In this document: positions 17,417 through 26,771 of the stretch, one piece after another
How positions within the stretch are numbered: the first letter of the stretch is position 1
How the letters are laid out: each line of letters begins with the position of its first letter
DNA from: Patescibacteria group bacterium
Lineage (GTDB): Bacteria > Patescibacteriota > Microgenomatia > 0-14-0-10-38-17
Assembly: GCA_050953885.1 (NCBI GenBank)
Contig: JBMNNJ010000001.1
Location: forward strand, 271,437-335,436
Direction: 5' to 3'
Length of the DNA: 64,000 bases
The notes under the pieces: generated by a model
Told to the model about the DNA's origin: nothing
The model's input: only the letters and a program-made list of their open reading frames with translations
The model's database searches: none
Program-made: the position numbers and the translations under genes

Positions 17417-20323
17417 ATGGAAGAAATTATTATTCGCGGCGCGCGCCAGCATAATCTCAAAAATATTGATGTTGCCATTCCCAAAAACAAGCTGGTGGTT
17501 TTAACCGGCCTTTCCGGCTCCGGTAAATCATCACTTGCCTTTGACACCCTTTATGCCGAAGGCCAACGCCGCTATGTGGAATCGCTTTCCACCTACGCCC
17601 GCCAGTTTTTGGGAATCATGAACAAGCCGGATGTGGACGCCATTGAAGGCTTATCGCCGGCCATTGCCATTGACCAAAAAAGCGTCTCCCAAAATCCTCG
17701 TTCCACCGTGGGCACGGTAACCGAAATTTATGATTACCTGCGCCTGCTTTTCGCCCGCATCGGTCATCCCCACTGCCCAAAATGCGGCCGGGAAATAAGC
17801 CGCCAGTCGCCGGAGGAAATTTTAAATCTTGCCAAAGCTTTAATTCGGGAAAAAGTGGGCCAGAAAGGGGTGGCCCGGCTTTTCATCCTTTCGCCTTTAG
17901 TTTCCGGCAAAAAAGGCGAGCTTGCCGGTCTTTTTGAAAACCTTATTAAAAAAGGCTTCAGCTTTATTCGCCTTGACCGCCAATTTTTCCGCCTTGACGA
18001 GGATTTTACGATTTTAAAAAACAACCGCCACACCATTGAGGCGGTGGTGGATCGCCTTTCTTTTGAAAAAAAAGACCTGAAAAACGAAAAAAGCCCCCAG
18101 TGGCAGCGTTTGGCCGAAGCGATTAACAGCGCTCTCACTCTTTCCAATGGCGAGGTAATTTTAATGGAGGCCAATGACGCAAGCTTTGAAATGCCCGACC
18201 GGCCCAAAGAAACCATTGACCATCTTTTCTCCGAGCTTTTTGCCTGTCCGGTTTGCGGCCTTTCCCTGCCCGAGGTGGAACCGCGCACCTTTTCTTTCAA
18301 TTCTCCCTTTGGCGCCTGCCCCACCTGCAACGGTCTTGGTGCCCTTTTGCGATTTGATCCCAAATTGGTTTTGAATCTTAACTTATCCGTTTCCGAAGGG
18401 GGCATTATGCCCTTGGGGAAAATTTACTATCAGGACAACTGGTATGCGCGCATTTTTAAAAAATTTGCCGAAGAAGAAAAAATTGACCTGCGCCGGCCTT
18501 TAAAAGAACTGCCAAAAGAAGATCTTAAGAAAATTCTTGAAGGCACAGGTGAAAAAATTTACCGCGTTTCCGGCACTAATCGTTTTGGGGAAGAAACCAC
18601 CATCCGGGAAAAATTCCCGGGCATTCTCGCAGAACTTAAGCGCCGCTACGAAGAAACCGATTCCGACTTTATCCGTCAGGCCTTGGAAAAATTCATGAAC
18701 TACCAACTTTGCCCCACTTGTCACGGCACCCGGCTTAAAGCTGAAGCCTTAGCGGTAACCATTTTAGGGAAAAATATCTATCAGGCAAGCCAGCTTAATG
18801 TTGAGCAATTGCTTTCCTGGCTTGATAATTTTCCCGTTTCCTCCCGCGAGCAAATTATTGCCGCCCCCATTTTGAAAGAAATCAAAAGCCGCCTTACTTT
18901 TCTTAAAGCCGTCGGCCTTGATTATTTAACGCAAAACCGCCTCTCCGGAAGCCTTGCCGGCGGTGAAGCCCAACGAATTCGGCTTGCCTCCCAAATCGGC
19001 ACCGGTTTAACCGGCGTTTTGTATGTTTTAGACGAACCCACCATTGGCCTTCACCCCCGCGACGGCCAAAGGCTAATTGACACCCTCAAAAACCTGCGCG
19101 ATTTGGGCAACTCGGTGGTGGTGGTGGAGCATGACCGCCAAACCATCGAAAGCGCCGATTATGTTCTCGACTTTGGCCCGGGAGCAGGGAAAAATGGCGG
19201 CCGGGTGATTGCCCAAGGAACACCAATGGAGATTAAAAATAATCCCCAGTCGGTCACCGGCCCCTACCTTGCCAACAAAAAGAAAATTAAAATTCTTGAA
19301 AACGCAAGTGCCGGCCAGAATAGGGGAGCGATCAAACTTCAGAGCTGTTCGCAATATAATCTTAAAAATATTGACGTTTCCTTTCCTTTGGGAAAATTTA
19401 TCGGCGTTACCGGCGTTTCCGGCTCGGGAAAATCAACACTGGTAACGGAAACGCTTTATCCGGCTCTTGCCAAGTCCTTGGGATACGCCTTAAAAAGAGA
19501 GCCGGGACAATTTACCAACCTTGAGGGCGCGGATAAAATCCGCCGTGTTTATTTAATTGACCAGTCGCCCATTGGCCGCACTCCCCGCTCCAATCCGGCC
19601 ACCTATATCAGTGTTTTCACCGACATCCGCCAGCTCTTCGCCTCGCTGCCGGAGGCAAAAATCCGCGGCCTAAAACCCGGCCATTTTTCTTTTAATGTTC
19701 GCGGCGGCCGCTGTGAAGCCTGCCAAGGCTTTGGAGAAATAAAAATCGAGATGCAATTCTTATCGGATATTTTTGTTAAATGCGAAGTTTGCGGGGGTCA
19801 GCGTTACAACAGCGACACCCTGGAAATCCGCTATAAGGAAAAAAACATCGCCGAAGTTTTATCCCTGACGGTGGAAGAGGCGCTTTCTTTTTTCCAAAAT
19901 ATCCCCCCCATTGCCCATAAACTACAAACCTTGATGGATGTTGGCTTGGGTTATCTTCAGCTTGGTCAGCCGGCGCCCAATCTTTCCGGCGGCGAGGCGC
20001 AAAGAATTAAAATTGCCCATGAGCTGGTTAAAAAAGGGTCAGGCCAAACCTTTTACATTTTAGATGAGCCCACCACCGGCTTGCATTTTGCCGACTTGGA
20101 AAAATTAATTAAAGTTTTGCGCCAGCTGGTTAACGAAGGAAACACGGTGGTGGTTATTGAACACAATTTAGATCTAATTAAAAATTGCGACTGGGTTATT
20201 GACTTGGGACCCGAGGGGGGAGAGCGGGGCGGGGAAATTATTGCCCAGGGCTCACCGGCGGAAATTGCCCAAAACCCCCGCTCCTATACTGGAAAATATC
20301 TTAAAGAATTGCTAAACTTCTAA
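17417..20323 (+). CDS. uvrA: Excinuclease ABC subunit A
   Basis: Two ABC ATPase modules ([28 protein letters not shown]; [11 protein letters not shown]). Zinc-finger cysteines CPKCGR, CPVCG, CEAC are present. The length is 968 aa. Confidence 0.95.
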   Translation: MEEIIIRGARQHNLKNIDVAIPKNKLVVLTGLSGSGKSSLAFDTLYAEGQRRYVESLSTYARQFLGIMNKPDVDAIEGLSPAIAIDQKSVSQNPRSTVGTVTEIYDYLRLLFARIGHPHCPKCGREISRQSPEEILNLAKALIREKVGQKGVARLFILSPLVSGKKGELAGLFENLIKKGFSFIRLDRQFFRLDEDFTILKNNRHTIEAVVDRLSFEKKDLKNEKSPQWQRLAEAINSALTLSNGEVILMEANDASFEMPDRPKETIDHLFSELFACPVCGLSLPEVEPRTFSFNSPFGACPTCNGLGALLRFDPKLVLNLNLSVSEGGIMPLGKIYYQDNWYARIFKKFAEEEKIDLRRPLKELPKEDLKKILEGTGEKIYRVSGTNRFGEETTIREKFPGILAELKRRYEETDSDFIRQALEKFMNYQLCPTCHGTRLKAEALAVTILGKNIYQASQLNVEQLLSWLDNFPVSSREQIIAAPILKEIKSRLTFLKAVGLDYLTQNRLSGSLAGGEAQRIRLASQIGTGLTGVLYVLDEPTIGLHPRDGQRLIDTLKNLRDLGNSVVVVEHDRQTIESADYVLDFGPGAGKNGGRVIAQGTPMEIKNNPQSVTGPYLANKKKIKILENASAGQNRGAIKLQSCSQYNLKNIDVSFPLGKFIGVTGVSGSGKSTLVTETLYPALAKSLGYALKREPGQFTNLEGADKIRRVYLIDQSPIGRTPRSNPATYISVFTDIRQLFASLPEAKIRGLKPGHFSFNVRGGRCEACQGFGEIKIEMQFLSDIFVKCEVCGGQRYNSDTLEIRYKEKNIAEVLSLTVEEALSFFQNIPPIAHKLQTLMDVGLGYLQLGQPAPNLSGGEAQRIKIAHELVKKGSGQTFYILDEPTTGLHFADLEKLIKVLRQLVNEGNTVVVIEHNLDLIKNCDWVIDLGPEGGERGGEIIAQGSPAEIAQNPRSYTGKYLKELLNF

Positions 20324-20569
20324 AGGACGCGAATTAACACGAATTAAAAACGAATGGGCACGAATGAGCGAATAATTGGTGCAAAAATAATTCAAAATTC
20401 AAAAGTCAAAATTCAAAATTTCAAGTTAAAAGTTTTTTGCTCTACTTTTGAATTTTAAATTTTGAATTTTGATTTAGGCTTTAATCTTTGATATTTGCGT
20501 TTTGAGATTTGAGTTTTTTTTACCTATTGCGCATTACGAAAATTTCTTAATCTCTTAGTATCTTAACTT

Positions 20570-22396
20570 ATGCCTTTTCTTTTTCTCTTTCTTCTTCTTT
20601 TCTCTTTCTTTACTTCGCCTGTCCGGGCTGCCGGTGAATTTGGCCTTTCCCAAACCATTACCTATCAATTTGACCAAAACGGCAACGCCCAAGTTTTTCA
20701 GGAAATCGCCCTCGAGAATAAACTGGCCAACATTCACGCCACCCAATACCAAATAACCATCAGCGGCGGAGCGGTGCAAAACATTAAGGCCACAGAAGGT
20801 GATCAAAATCTTCGGACCGAAATTAAAGAGCCCCAGCGAAATCTCACCCAGGTAACCGTTTTTTTTGACCAGCCGGTGGCGGGCTTGGGGAAAAAACGCC
20901 AGTTTAGCCTGCAGTATTTCCTGCCGGATTACGCCAAAAAAGAGGGGCAAACCTGGCGGGTGCTAATTCCTAAAATCAACAAGATGGAAGAGCTGGAAGA
21001 GCTAATCATTAACATTAGCGCCCCAAAAAATTGGGGGCCAGCCTCTTTCGTTTCTCCCAAAAACTACACTCAAAAAGAAGAAGGAGAAAGACAAATCGTC
21101 ACTTTTTCTAAAAACCAGTTAGGCGAAAAAGAGGTGATGCTTATCTTCGGCCAGACCCAAGCCTTTCGTTTTTCTCTGAATTATTATCTTGAAAACACGA
21201 GTGCGGAGGAAAAAATTCAAGCCTTAGCCCTCCCTCCCGATACCTCTTACCAGAAAATATTTCTCACCAAAATCGACCCCGAACCCTTGGATGTTGAAGT
21301 AGACGATGATGGCAACTGGCTGGCAAGCTATCGTTTGCCTCCCAATTCAGCAATAAGAGTAAAAGCAGAAGGTTTAGCCCAAATAAGCGGTCAGCCTCTT
21401 TCTCCCCCCTTGCCACCAAAAGACTTAAGCCAATATTTACAGGCAAAAAAATATTGGGAGAAAGATGCCCCTCCCTTTCAGGACTTGGCCGAAAAACTTA
21501 AAACCCCCGAAGAAATTTATCAGTTTGTCCTTGCTACCCTTGACTACAACCTTGAAAAAGTTAAAAATCGCCAAGTGCAACGGCAGGGCGCTCTTAACGC
21601 TTTTAATAATCCCGATCAAGCAATTTGCACCGAATTTACCGATTTGTTCATCGCCCTTGCCCGGGCCGCCGGCATTCCCAGCCGCGAGCTTAACGGCTAT
21701 GCTTATTCCACCAACCCGGAACTTTTGCCCCTCACTCTTGATGCCGATGTTCTTCATGCCTGGCCGGAGTATTGGGATGAAAAACGGCAAACTTGGATTC
21801 AGGTTGACCCCACCTGGGAAGACACCAGCGGCATTGATTATTTTAATAAACTTGATATGTCGCATCTGGTTTTTGTTATCCACGGCTTGGATAGCGTTTC
21901 GCCGCCACCGGCCGGAGCATATCAAGATCCCGCTTTGGGAAAACAAAAAAATGTGGAGGTAGAATTTTCCCTCGCCCCCCAGGCAGAGCTTCTTCCCTTG
22001 GCAATTGATTTTAATCTTCCCCAAAAAGTTTCTTTTGGCCAAAAAGCAAGCGGAGAAATTACGGTGAGAAACATTAATCCCGTTGCTTTTTATAATCAGG
22101 AGGTTAAAATCACCAGCGAGGGCCTTCCTTTGGAGCCTTTCGGGAAAACCTTAGCTGCTTTCCCGCCCTACGCCAATGAGGTTTTTGCCGTTAATTTCAC
22201 CAACCAGAATTTATTTAAAGAAAGCGTGGGCAGAATTTTGGTTCAGGTCGGCAATCAGGAGCCGGTAGCGGCCACGATTATCCTCACCTCGCCTTTGGCA
22301 AATCCCCTTTTTCTCAATCTGCTTATCGGCTTGGCGGGGATAGTGGTGGTGGGGATAATCATTTATTTGGTAAAGAGTTTTAAAAAAAGAAGATAA
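20570..22396 (+). CDS. Transglutaminase-like (cysteine protease fold) domain protein, signal peptide plus C-terminal TM anchor
   Basis: Transglutaminase core CTEFTDLFIALARAAGIPSRELNGY ... HAWPEYWD ... WIQVDPT (Cys-His-Asp). An N-terminal signal peptide and a C-terminal hydrophobic helix are present. Confidence 0.75.
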   Translation: MPFLFLFLLLFSFFTSPVRAAGEFGLSQTITYQFDQNGNAQVFQEIALENKLANIHATQYQITISGGAVQNIKATEGDQNLRTEIKEPQRNLTQVTVFFDQPVAGLGKKRQFSLQYFLPDYAKKEGQTWRVLIPKINKMEELEELIINISAPKNWGPASFVSPKNYTQKEEGERQIVTFSKNQLGEKEVMLIFGQTQAFRFSLNYYLENTSAEEKIQALALPPDTSYQKIFLTKIDPEPLDVEVDDDGNWLASYRLPPNSAIRVKAEGLAQISGQPLSPPLPPKDLSQYLQAKKYWEKDAPPFQDLAEKLKTPEEIYQFVLATLDYNLEKVKNRQVQRQGALNAFNNPDQAICTEFTDLFIALARAAGIPSRELNGYAYSTNPELLPLTLDADVLHAWPEYWDEKRQTWIQVDPTWEDTSGIDYFNKLDMSHLVFVIHGLDSVSPPPAGAYQDPALGKQKNVEVEFSLAPQAELLPLAIDFNLPQKVSFGQKASGEITVRNINPVAFYNQEVKITSEGLPLEPFGKTLAAFPPYANEVFAVNFTNQNLFKESVGRILVQVGNQEPVAATIILTSPLANPLFLNLLIGLAGIVVVGIIIYLVKSFKKRR

Positions 22397-22459
22397 AAAC
22401 GGGATCCAGTTATGGCGGGGCGAATTTCTAATTTCATCGCCGTTTAACAATTTTTCTTT

Positions 22460-23755
22460 ATGCAACCAAAAATTTTTTCGCTGTCTTCCCATCCTCTAAA
22501 AAAAATCCCCTCAAAACCCGGGGTTTATCTTTTTTTAAACCAAGAGGGAAAACCTCTTTATGTCGGTAAGGCGGCTAATCTTAAAAATCGCCTTGGCGCT
22601 TATTTGGGGGAAAAAACGCTCTTGGACAAAAAAACCCGCCTGCTGGTTTTGGAAGCCAAAAAGCTTAAGATTATTATTCTCCCCTCCGAATTCGAAGCCT
22701 TGCTTTTGGAGGCTAATTTAATTAAACAATTTCAGCCCCCTTATAACACCAAGCTCAAAGACGACAAGCGCTATCTTTACATTAAAATCACCCGCGAAAA
22801 GTATCCGCAGGTGGGGGTGGCGCGCCGCCAAACCCCCCATGCCGAGCTTTTTGGCCCTTATCCTTCGGCCAAAACAGTCCGGTTTCTTTTGCGGGAAATC
22901 CGTCGCATTTTTCCCTATCGCTCCTGCCGAATTTTACCTAAAAAACCATGCCTTTATTACCAGATTAATCTTTGCCCCGCCCCGTGCGTTAATCAGGATA
23001 AAAAGTCAACCCTTGCTTATCGCCGACAAATTAGCCAAATTAAAAAACTGCTCGAAGGCAAAAGCGGGCGTTTAATTAAAGAATATGACCAAAAAATGCG
23101 CCGGGAAGCAAAAAAAGAAAATTTTGAAAAAGCCGCCCAATTTAAAGAAATTAAAGAAAAATTAATCTGGTTAACAGAGAAAAGAACGGCACCGGAAATA
23201 TGGCTGGAGGAAATTTTCCCCGAAGAAACCGCCTCCCAACGCCTCCAGGCGCTTTACGAAATTTTAAAAAATTATTATCCCAAGTTGAGCCCGCCCTTAA
23301 AACGAATTGAGGCCTATGACATTGCCAACCTCGCCGGCGGTGAAGCCACCGGCTCAATGGTGGTTTTCAAAAACGGTCAGCCCGACCCTGCCTCTTATCG
23401 TCAATTTAAAATCAAAACTAAAGATAAGCCCGATGACCCGGCAATGATGAAAGAGGTTATCAGCCGCCGACTTAATAATCCCCAATGGCCCCGCCCTGAT
23501 TTTATTTTGGTTGACGGCGGCAAGGGGCAGGTGAGCGCCGCTCTTAAAGCCTTAGAAGAAAAGAAACAAAATATCCCCGTGGCGGGTTTGGCCAAAAGAG
23601 AAGAGGAAATTGTTATTAAAGAAAAAGACCATTACCGGATTTTAAAAATCGACCCCGACTCGCCGGCCTTATTGCTTCTGCGCCAAACCCGCGACGAAGC
23701 GCATCGCTTCGCCCAACGCTACCATCATTGGCTGCGGACCAAAAAGCTGGTATAA
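22460..23755 (+). CDS. uvrC: Excinuclease ABC subunit C (short form lacking C-terminal HhH)
   Basis: GIY-YIG nuclease at the N-terminus (GVYLFLNQEGKPLYVGKAANLKNRL). A UVR motif is present. An RNase H-like endonuclease domain (ILVDGGKGQV) is present. The protein is 431 aa and ends without the HhH pair. Confidence 0.85.
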   Translation: MQPKIFSLSSHPLKKIPSKPGVYLFLNQEGKPLYVGKAANLKNRLGAYLGEKTLLDKKTRLLVLEAKKLKIIILPSEFEALLLEANLIKQFQPPYNTKLKDDKRYLYIKITREKYPQVGVARRQTPHAELFGPYPSAKTVRFLLREIRRIFPYRSCRILPKKPCLYYQINLCPAPCVNQDKKSTLAYRRQISQIKKLLEGKSGRLIKEYDQKMRREAKKENFEKAAQFKEIKEKLIWLTEKRTAPEIWLEEIFPEETASQRLQALYEILKNYYPKLSPPLKRIEAYDIANLAGGEATGSMVVFKNGQPDPASYRQFKIKTKDKPDDPAMMKEVISRRLNNPQWPRPDFILVDGGKGQVSAALKALEEKKQNIPVAGLAKREEEIVIKEKDHYRILKIDPDSPALLLLRQTRDEAHRFAQRYHHWLRTKKLV

Positions 23756-23808
23756 TAAAGATGCAAGAGGAATACTTTACATCCCTTAATATCTTAGTAT
23801 CTTATCTT

Positions 23809-24015
23809 ATGCCTTTCCTTCCCATCGCCCAAATTATCATCAGCATCGTCTTGGTCGCCTTGGTTCTTTTGACCAGCAAAGAAGGAGGGCTGGGAGAGCA
23901 GGGAAGCTCTTTACCGCAAAGCAAAAGCGGTCCGGAAAAAATCGTCTTTTATCTTACCGTCTTCTTGGTGATCGCCTTTGTGGTTCTTTCTTTAGCCCAG
24001 CTTTATCAAGGTTGA
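23809..24015 (+). CDS. secG: Preprotein translocase subunit SecG
   Basis: A 68-aa, two-TM protein. The central KEGGLGEQGS motif is typical of SecG. The start is at internal ATG 23809, which avoids overlap with uvrC. Confidence 0.6.
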   Translation: MPFLPIAQIIISIVLVALVLLTSKEGGLGEQGSSLPQSKSGPEKIVFYLTVFLVIAFVVLSLAQLYQG

Positions 24016-24041
24016 AAAGCGTTTCTTCTTAATCCTTAATA

Positions 24042-25379
24042 ATGTTTAAAGCAAAAGTTCGTTTTTATTGGCGTCTTGTCCAAACTTTTTTGGGCCGTCA
24101 TTTCAAGGCCATCATCGGCGGTTTAATTCTGGCCGTTCTTTTAGTTTTCTCCTTCTTAAGGCTTTCTTCACAACCGCCGGTCTGGCGTTTTGCGGTGGTA
24201 GGCCAATATCAGCCCCAAAGCTTGCCCTCTTTTATCAGCGAATTAATAAGCTTTGGATTGGTTAAGGCCGACAATCAGGGTAATTTTTCCCCGGGGATCG
24301 CTTCTTCCTGGGAAGCTCAAGAAGAAGGGAAAAATTATCGTTTTTATCTTGCGGAAAATCTTTTTTGGCATGATGGCCAAAAAGTAAAGGCCAAAGATAT
24401 TAAATATCAATTTCAAGACTTAAAACTTAATGCCCTTGACGACAAAACCTTGGAGATTGTCTTGGAAGAAAAATACGCCTCGCTTTTGGATCTTCTTGCC
24501 CAACCGGTTTTTAAAACCAATTTAATTGGGGTAGGGGAGTACCGGGTTAAAAAATGGCAAAGCCAGGGAGAAGCGATCAGGCAATTAAATCTTGAGGCCA
24601 AAGACAAGAATAAGCCGCAAATTATTTTTAAGTTTTATCCCAACGAAGAAAGCGCTCGCCACGCTTTCAAAATGGGAGAGGTAGACATTATTTGGGGCCT
24701 GCAAAATCCCGATAATCTTGTTTACTTCCCCAACGTTACCATCGAAAGCCAGATTAATAACGAACAATATACCGCCGTCTTTTTAAACCTCCAAAAAGAG
24801 ACGTTGGCGGAAAAATCAGTTCGCCAAGCGCTTGCCTACGCCACCCCCAAGCCACAAGGGAAAAATCGGGCTAAAGGACCATATAACCCCAACTCCTGGG
24901 TTTATAACGACTTTGTTAAAACTTATGATTTTGACCTGGAGCATGCCAAAGAACTTTTAGGAGAAAGTAAAATTAGCCTGCAATTAGCCACTTTTCCCAA
25001 TTATCTGACGCTGGCAGAAAAAATTAAAGAAAACTGGGAGGCTCTTGGCGTGGCCACCGAAATCCGGGTAGTTAATTTTATTCCCGACGATTATGACGCC
25101 CTGCTTTTAACCCAGGCAATTCCCAAAAACCCCGATCAATATTGGTTTTGGCATTCCTCGCAAACTCAAACTAACATTACCCATCTTAACAATCCCCGCC
25201 TTGACCAGCTTTTGGAAGAAGGCCGCCTTACTACCGACAAGGAAAAACGGCGGCAAATTTACGCTGATTTCCAGCGCTTTCTTTTGGAAGAATCACCGGC
25301 AATTTTTATTGAATATCCCACCTATCATTATGTTTTCCGCCACGGCTTTGAAAATGCCACCCTGCCGGGGTATAATTAA
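24042..25379 (+). CDS. ABC transporter substrate-binding protein, family 5 (peptide/nickel type)
   Basis: N-terminal anchor. SBP_bac_5-like segments are present (FGLVKADNQGNFSPGIASSWE, LFWHDGQKVKAKDI). Confidence 0.6.
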   Translation: MFKAKVRFYWRLVQTFLGRHFKAIIGGLILAVLLVFSFLRLSSQPPVWRFAVVGQYQPQSLPSFISELISFGLVKADNQGNFSPGIASSWEAQEEGKNYRFYLAENLFWHDGQKVKAKDIKYQFQDLKLNALDDKTLEIVLEEKYASLLDLLAQPVFKTNLIGVGEYRVKKWQSQGEAIRQLNLEAKDKNKPQIIFKFYPNEESARHAFKMGEVDIIWGLQNPDNLVYFPNVTIESQINNEQYTAVFLNLQKETLAEKSVRQALAYATPKPQGKNRAKGPYNPNSWVYNDFVKTYDFDLEHAKELLGESKISLQLATFPNYLTLAEKIKENWEALGVATEIRVVNFIPDDYDALLLTQAIPKNPDQYWFWHSSQTQTNITHLNNPRLDQLLEEGRLTTDKEKRRQIYADFQRFLLEESPAIFIEYPTYHYVFRHGFENATLPGYN

Positions 25380-25591
25380 GATAAAACACGAATAGACGCG
25401 AATAAGAAACGAATAAACACGAATGAGCGAATGATTGGCAAGACAAGCTCGCGATAACGGTCACTATCATCCTGAACTTGATTCAGGATCAAAACAGATT
25501 CTGACTTTCGTCAGAATGACAGATTCCTTACCTATTACGTGTTACGCATTACGCATTAATATCTTAATATCTTAGTATCTTTTGAAAACAG

Positions 25592-25678
25592 GCCGAAGTG
25601 GCGGAATTGGCAGACGCGTACGGTTCAGGACCGTATGGGGTTAAACCTGTGTGGGTTCAAATCCCACCTTCGGCACCA
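25592..25678 (+). tRNA. tRNA-Leu(CAG)
   Basis: Manual fold. Acceptor GCCGAAG/CTTCGGC. Anticodon loop TTCAGGA. Long variable arm. CCA is encoded. Confidence 0.85.
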
Positions 25679-25697
25679 AAACAGTAAAATAAATTAA

Positions 25698-25784
25698 GCG
25701 GACGTGTTGGAATCGGCAGACAAGCAAGCTTGAGGAGCTTGTGGGCGCAAGCCCGTGGAGGTTCAAATCCTCTCGTCCGCACCA
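25698..25784 (+). tRNA. tRNA-Leu(GAG)
   Basis: Acceptor GCGGACG/CGTCCGC. Anticodon loop TTGAGGA. Long variable arm. CCA is encoded. Confidence 0.85.
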
Positions 25785-25799
25785 GATCATTTTTTAACT

Positions 25800-25876
25800 G
25801 GATCCGTAGCTCAGTTGGCTAGAGCGCCCGGCTTACATCCGGAAGGTCACAGGTTCAAATCCTGTCGGATCCACCA
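25800..25876 (+). tRNA. tRNA-Val(TAC)
   Basis: Acceptor GGATCCG/CGGATCC. Anticodon loop CTTACAT. CCA is encoded. Confidence 0.8.
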
Positions 25877-25902
25877 GTCCATGATAAAATAAAATAAATT
25901 AA

Positions 25903-25975
25903 GCCAGAGTAGCCAAGGTGGTCACGGCGCGTGTCTGAAAAACATGAGATCTCGGTTCGACTCCGAGCTCTGGCA
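25903..25975 (+). tRNA. tRNA-Phe(GAA)
   Basis: Acceptor GCCAGAG/CTCTGGC. Anticodon loop CTGAAAA. T-arm CTCGG-TTCGACT-CCGAG. No encoded CCA. The D-arm is atypical. Confidence 0.65.
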
Positions 25976-26238
25976 CAGATTAAATTGTATGTTGTATTGA
26001 ATATAAAAAGCTGACATTGCCGTATTGTTTAAACTGACAAATCCGCCAGCTGGCGGAAAAAATTAAAACCTAAATCAAAGCGGGAATTTGTAGGGGTCGA
26101 CCCATGTGTCGACCCGATTAATGGTTTTAAATAGGCAAGCGCGGATTCTTTGAAGGGCGGACACATAGGTCCGCCCCTACAATTCGCGTCGATTCGTGTT
26201 TTAACAGTTTAGCAATGTCTCTTAATATCTTAGCCTAG

Positions 26239-26326
26239 GCCGCGGTGTTGGAATCGGCAGACAAGCAAGACTTAAAATCTTGTGCTCCAAAAGAGCGTGA
26301 GGGTTCGAACCCCTCCCGCGGCACCA
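26239..26326 (+). tRNA. tRNA-Leu(TAA)
   Basis: Acceptor GCCGCGG/CCGCGGC. Anticodon loop CTTAAAA. Long variable arm. CCA is encoded. Confidence 0.85.
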
Positions 26327-26336
26327 GAAGCCAATC

Positions 26337-26408
26337 GCGAGGGTAGTTCAGTGGTAGAACGTCTCGTTGCCAACGAGAAGGCCGCGGGTTCAAGTCCCGT
26401 CCCTCGCT
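26337..26408 (+). tRNA. tRNA-Gly(GCC)
   Basis: Acceptor GCGAGGG/CCCTCGC. Anticodon loop TTGCCAA. Discriminator U. Confidence 0.85.
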
Positions 26409-26425
26409 CATTTTTCCGCTTTTTT

Positions 26426-26496
26426 TGCCCGGTCGTCTAACGGTAGGACAACAGACTTTGGATCTGTCTATCCAGGTTCGAATCCTGGCTGGGCAA
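26426..26496 (+). tRNA. tRNA-Gln(TTG)
   Basis: U1-A72 acceptor TGCCCGG/CTGGGCA. Anticodon loop CTTTGGA. T-arm CCAGG-TTCGAAT-CCTGG. Confidence 0.8.
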
Positions 26497-26520
26497 CTAG
26501 CACGGGCACCCAGGATAACC

Positions 26521-26651
26521 GAGAGAAATACATCTTCTAAGTGTCCCAGGTTCACGCCTGGCATATTTTTACTCTTTGGTAATAAAATACGACTAATATA
26601 CTCCAGGTGTCAAGTTAAGACACTTTCCAGGTGTACACACAGGTGTACAAC
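26521..26651 (+). repeat. About-130-bp direct repeat, copy A (CAGGTG-rich; left boundary of islet, immediately 3' of tRNA-Gln)
   Basis: Aligns over about 130 bp with 29629-29763 and 30864-30982, all in the same orientation. Shared blocks include CCAGGTGTCCCAGGTTCACACCTGG and CCAGGTGTCAAGTTAAGACAC. Confidence 0.85.
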
Positions 26652-26765
26652 ATTTTCATACAATTGCAAAAATTGAAGCGGGGGGCAACGCCTAGCCCTA
26701 CAATTGAAACGGTTAAAAAAATCGCTGACGCATTAGGTATTAGTATTGATAATTTATTCAAATAA
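26619..26765 (+). pseudogene. 5'-truncated XRE-family HTH regulator remnant
   Basis: The reading frame ...LQKLKRGATPSPTIETVKKIADALGISIDNLFK* matches the C-terminal half of an XRE HTH domain (E.G.R.PSLETL.KIA.ALGVS.D.LF). There is no start codon. The frame runs back into repeat A and hits a TAA. No reading frame of the repeat encodes an N-terminal HTH half. Confidence 0.45.
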
Positions 26766-26771
26766 CTAAAT

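Noticed and set aside
17764-18405. 213-aa antisense ORF inside uvrA. The same reasoning applies to 21437-22042 inside the transglutaminase gene, 46023-46637 inside the ATP-grasp gene, 49327-49878 inside the ABC genes, and 8243-8635 inside lexA.
   Set aside because: Each lies opposite a well-supported conserved gene. Their translations are Arg/Ser/Pro-rich and low complexity, with no recognisable domain. They are typical antisense artefacts.
26235-26676. ORFs 26235-26564(-) and 26425-26676(+) from the six-frame track
   Set aside because: They lie entirely over tRNA-Leu, tRNA-Gly, tRNA-Gln and repeat A. The translation is low complexity. They are spurious.
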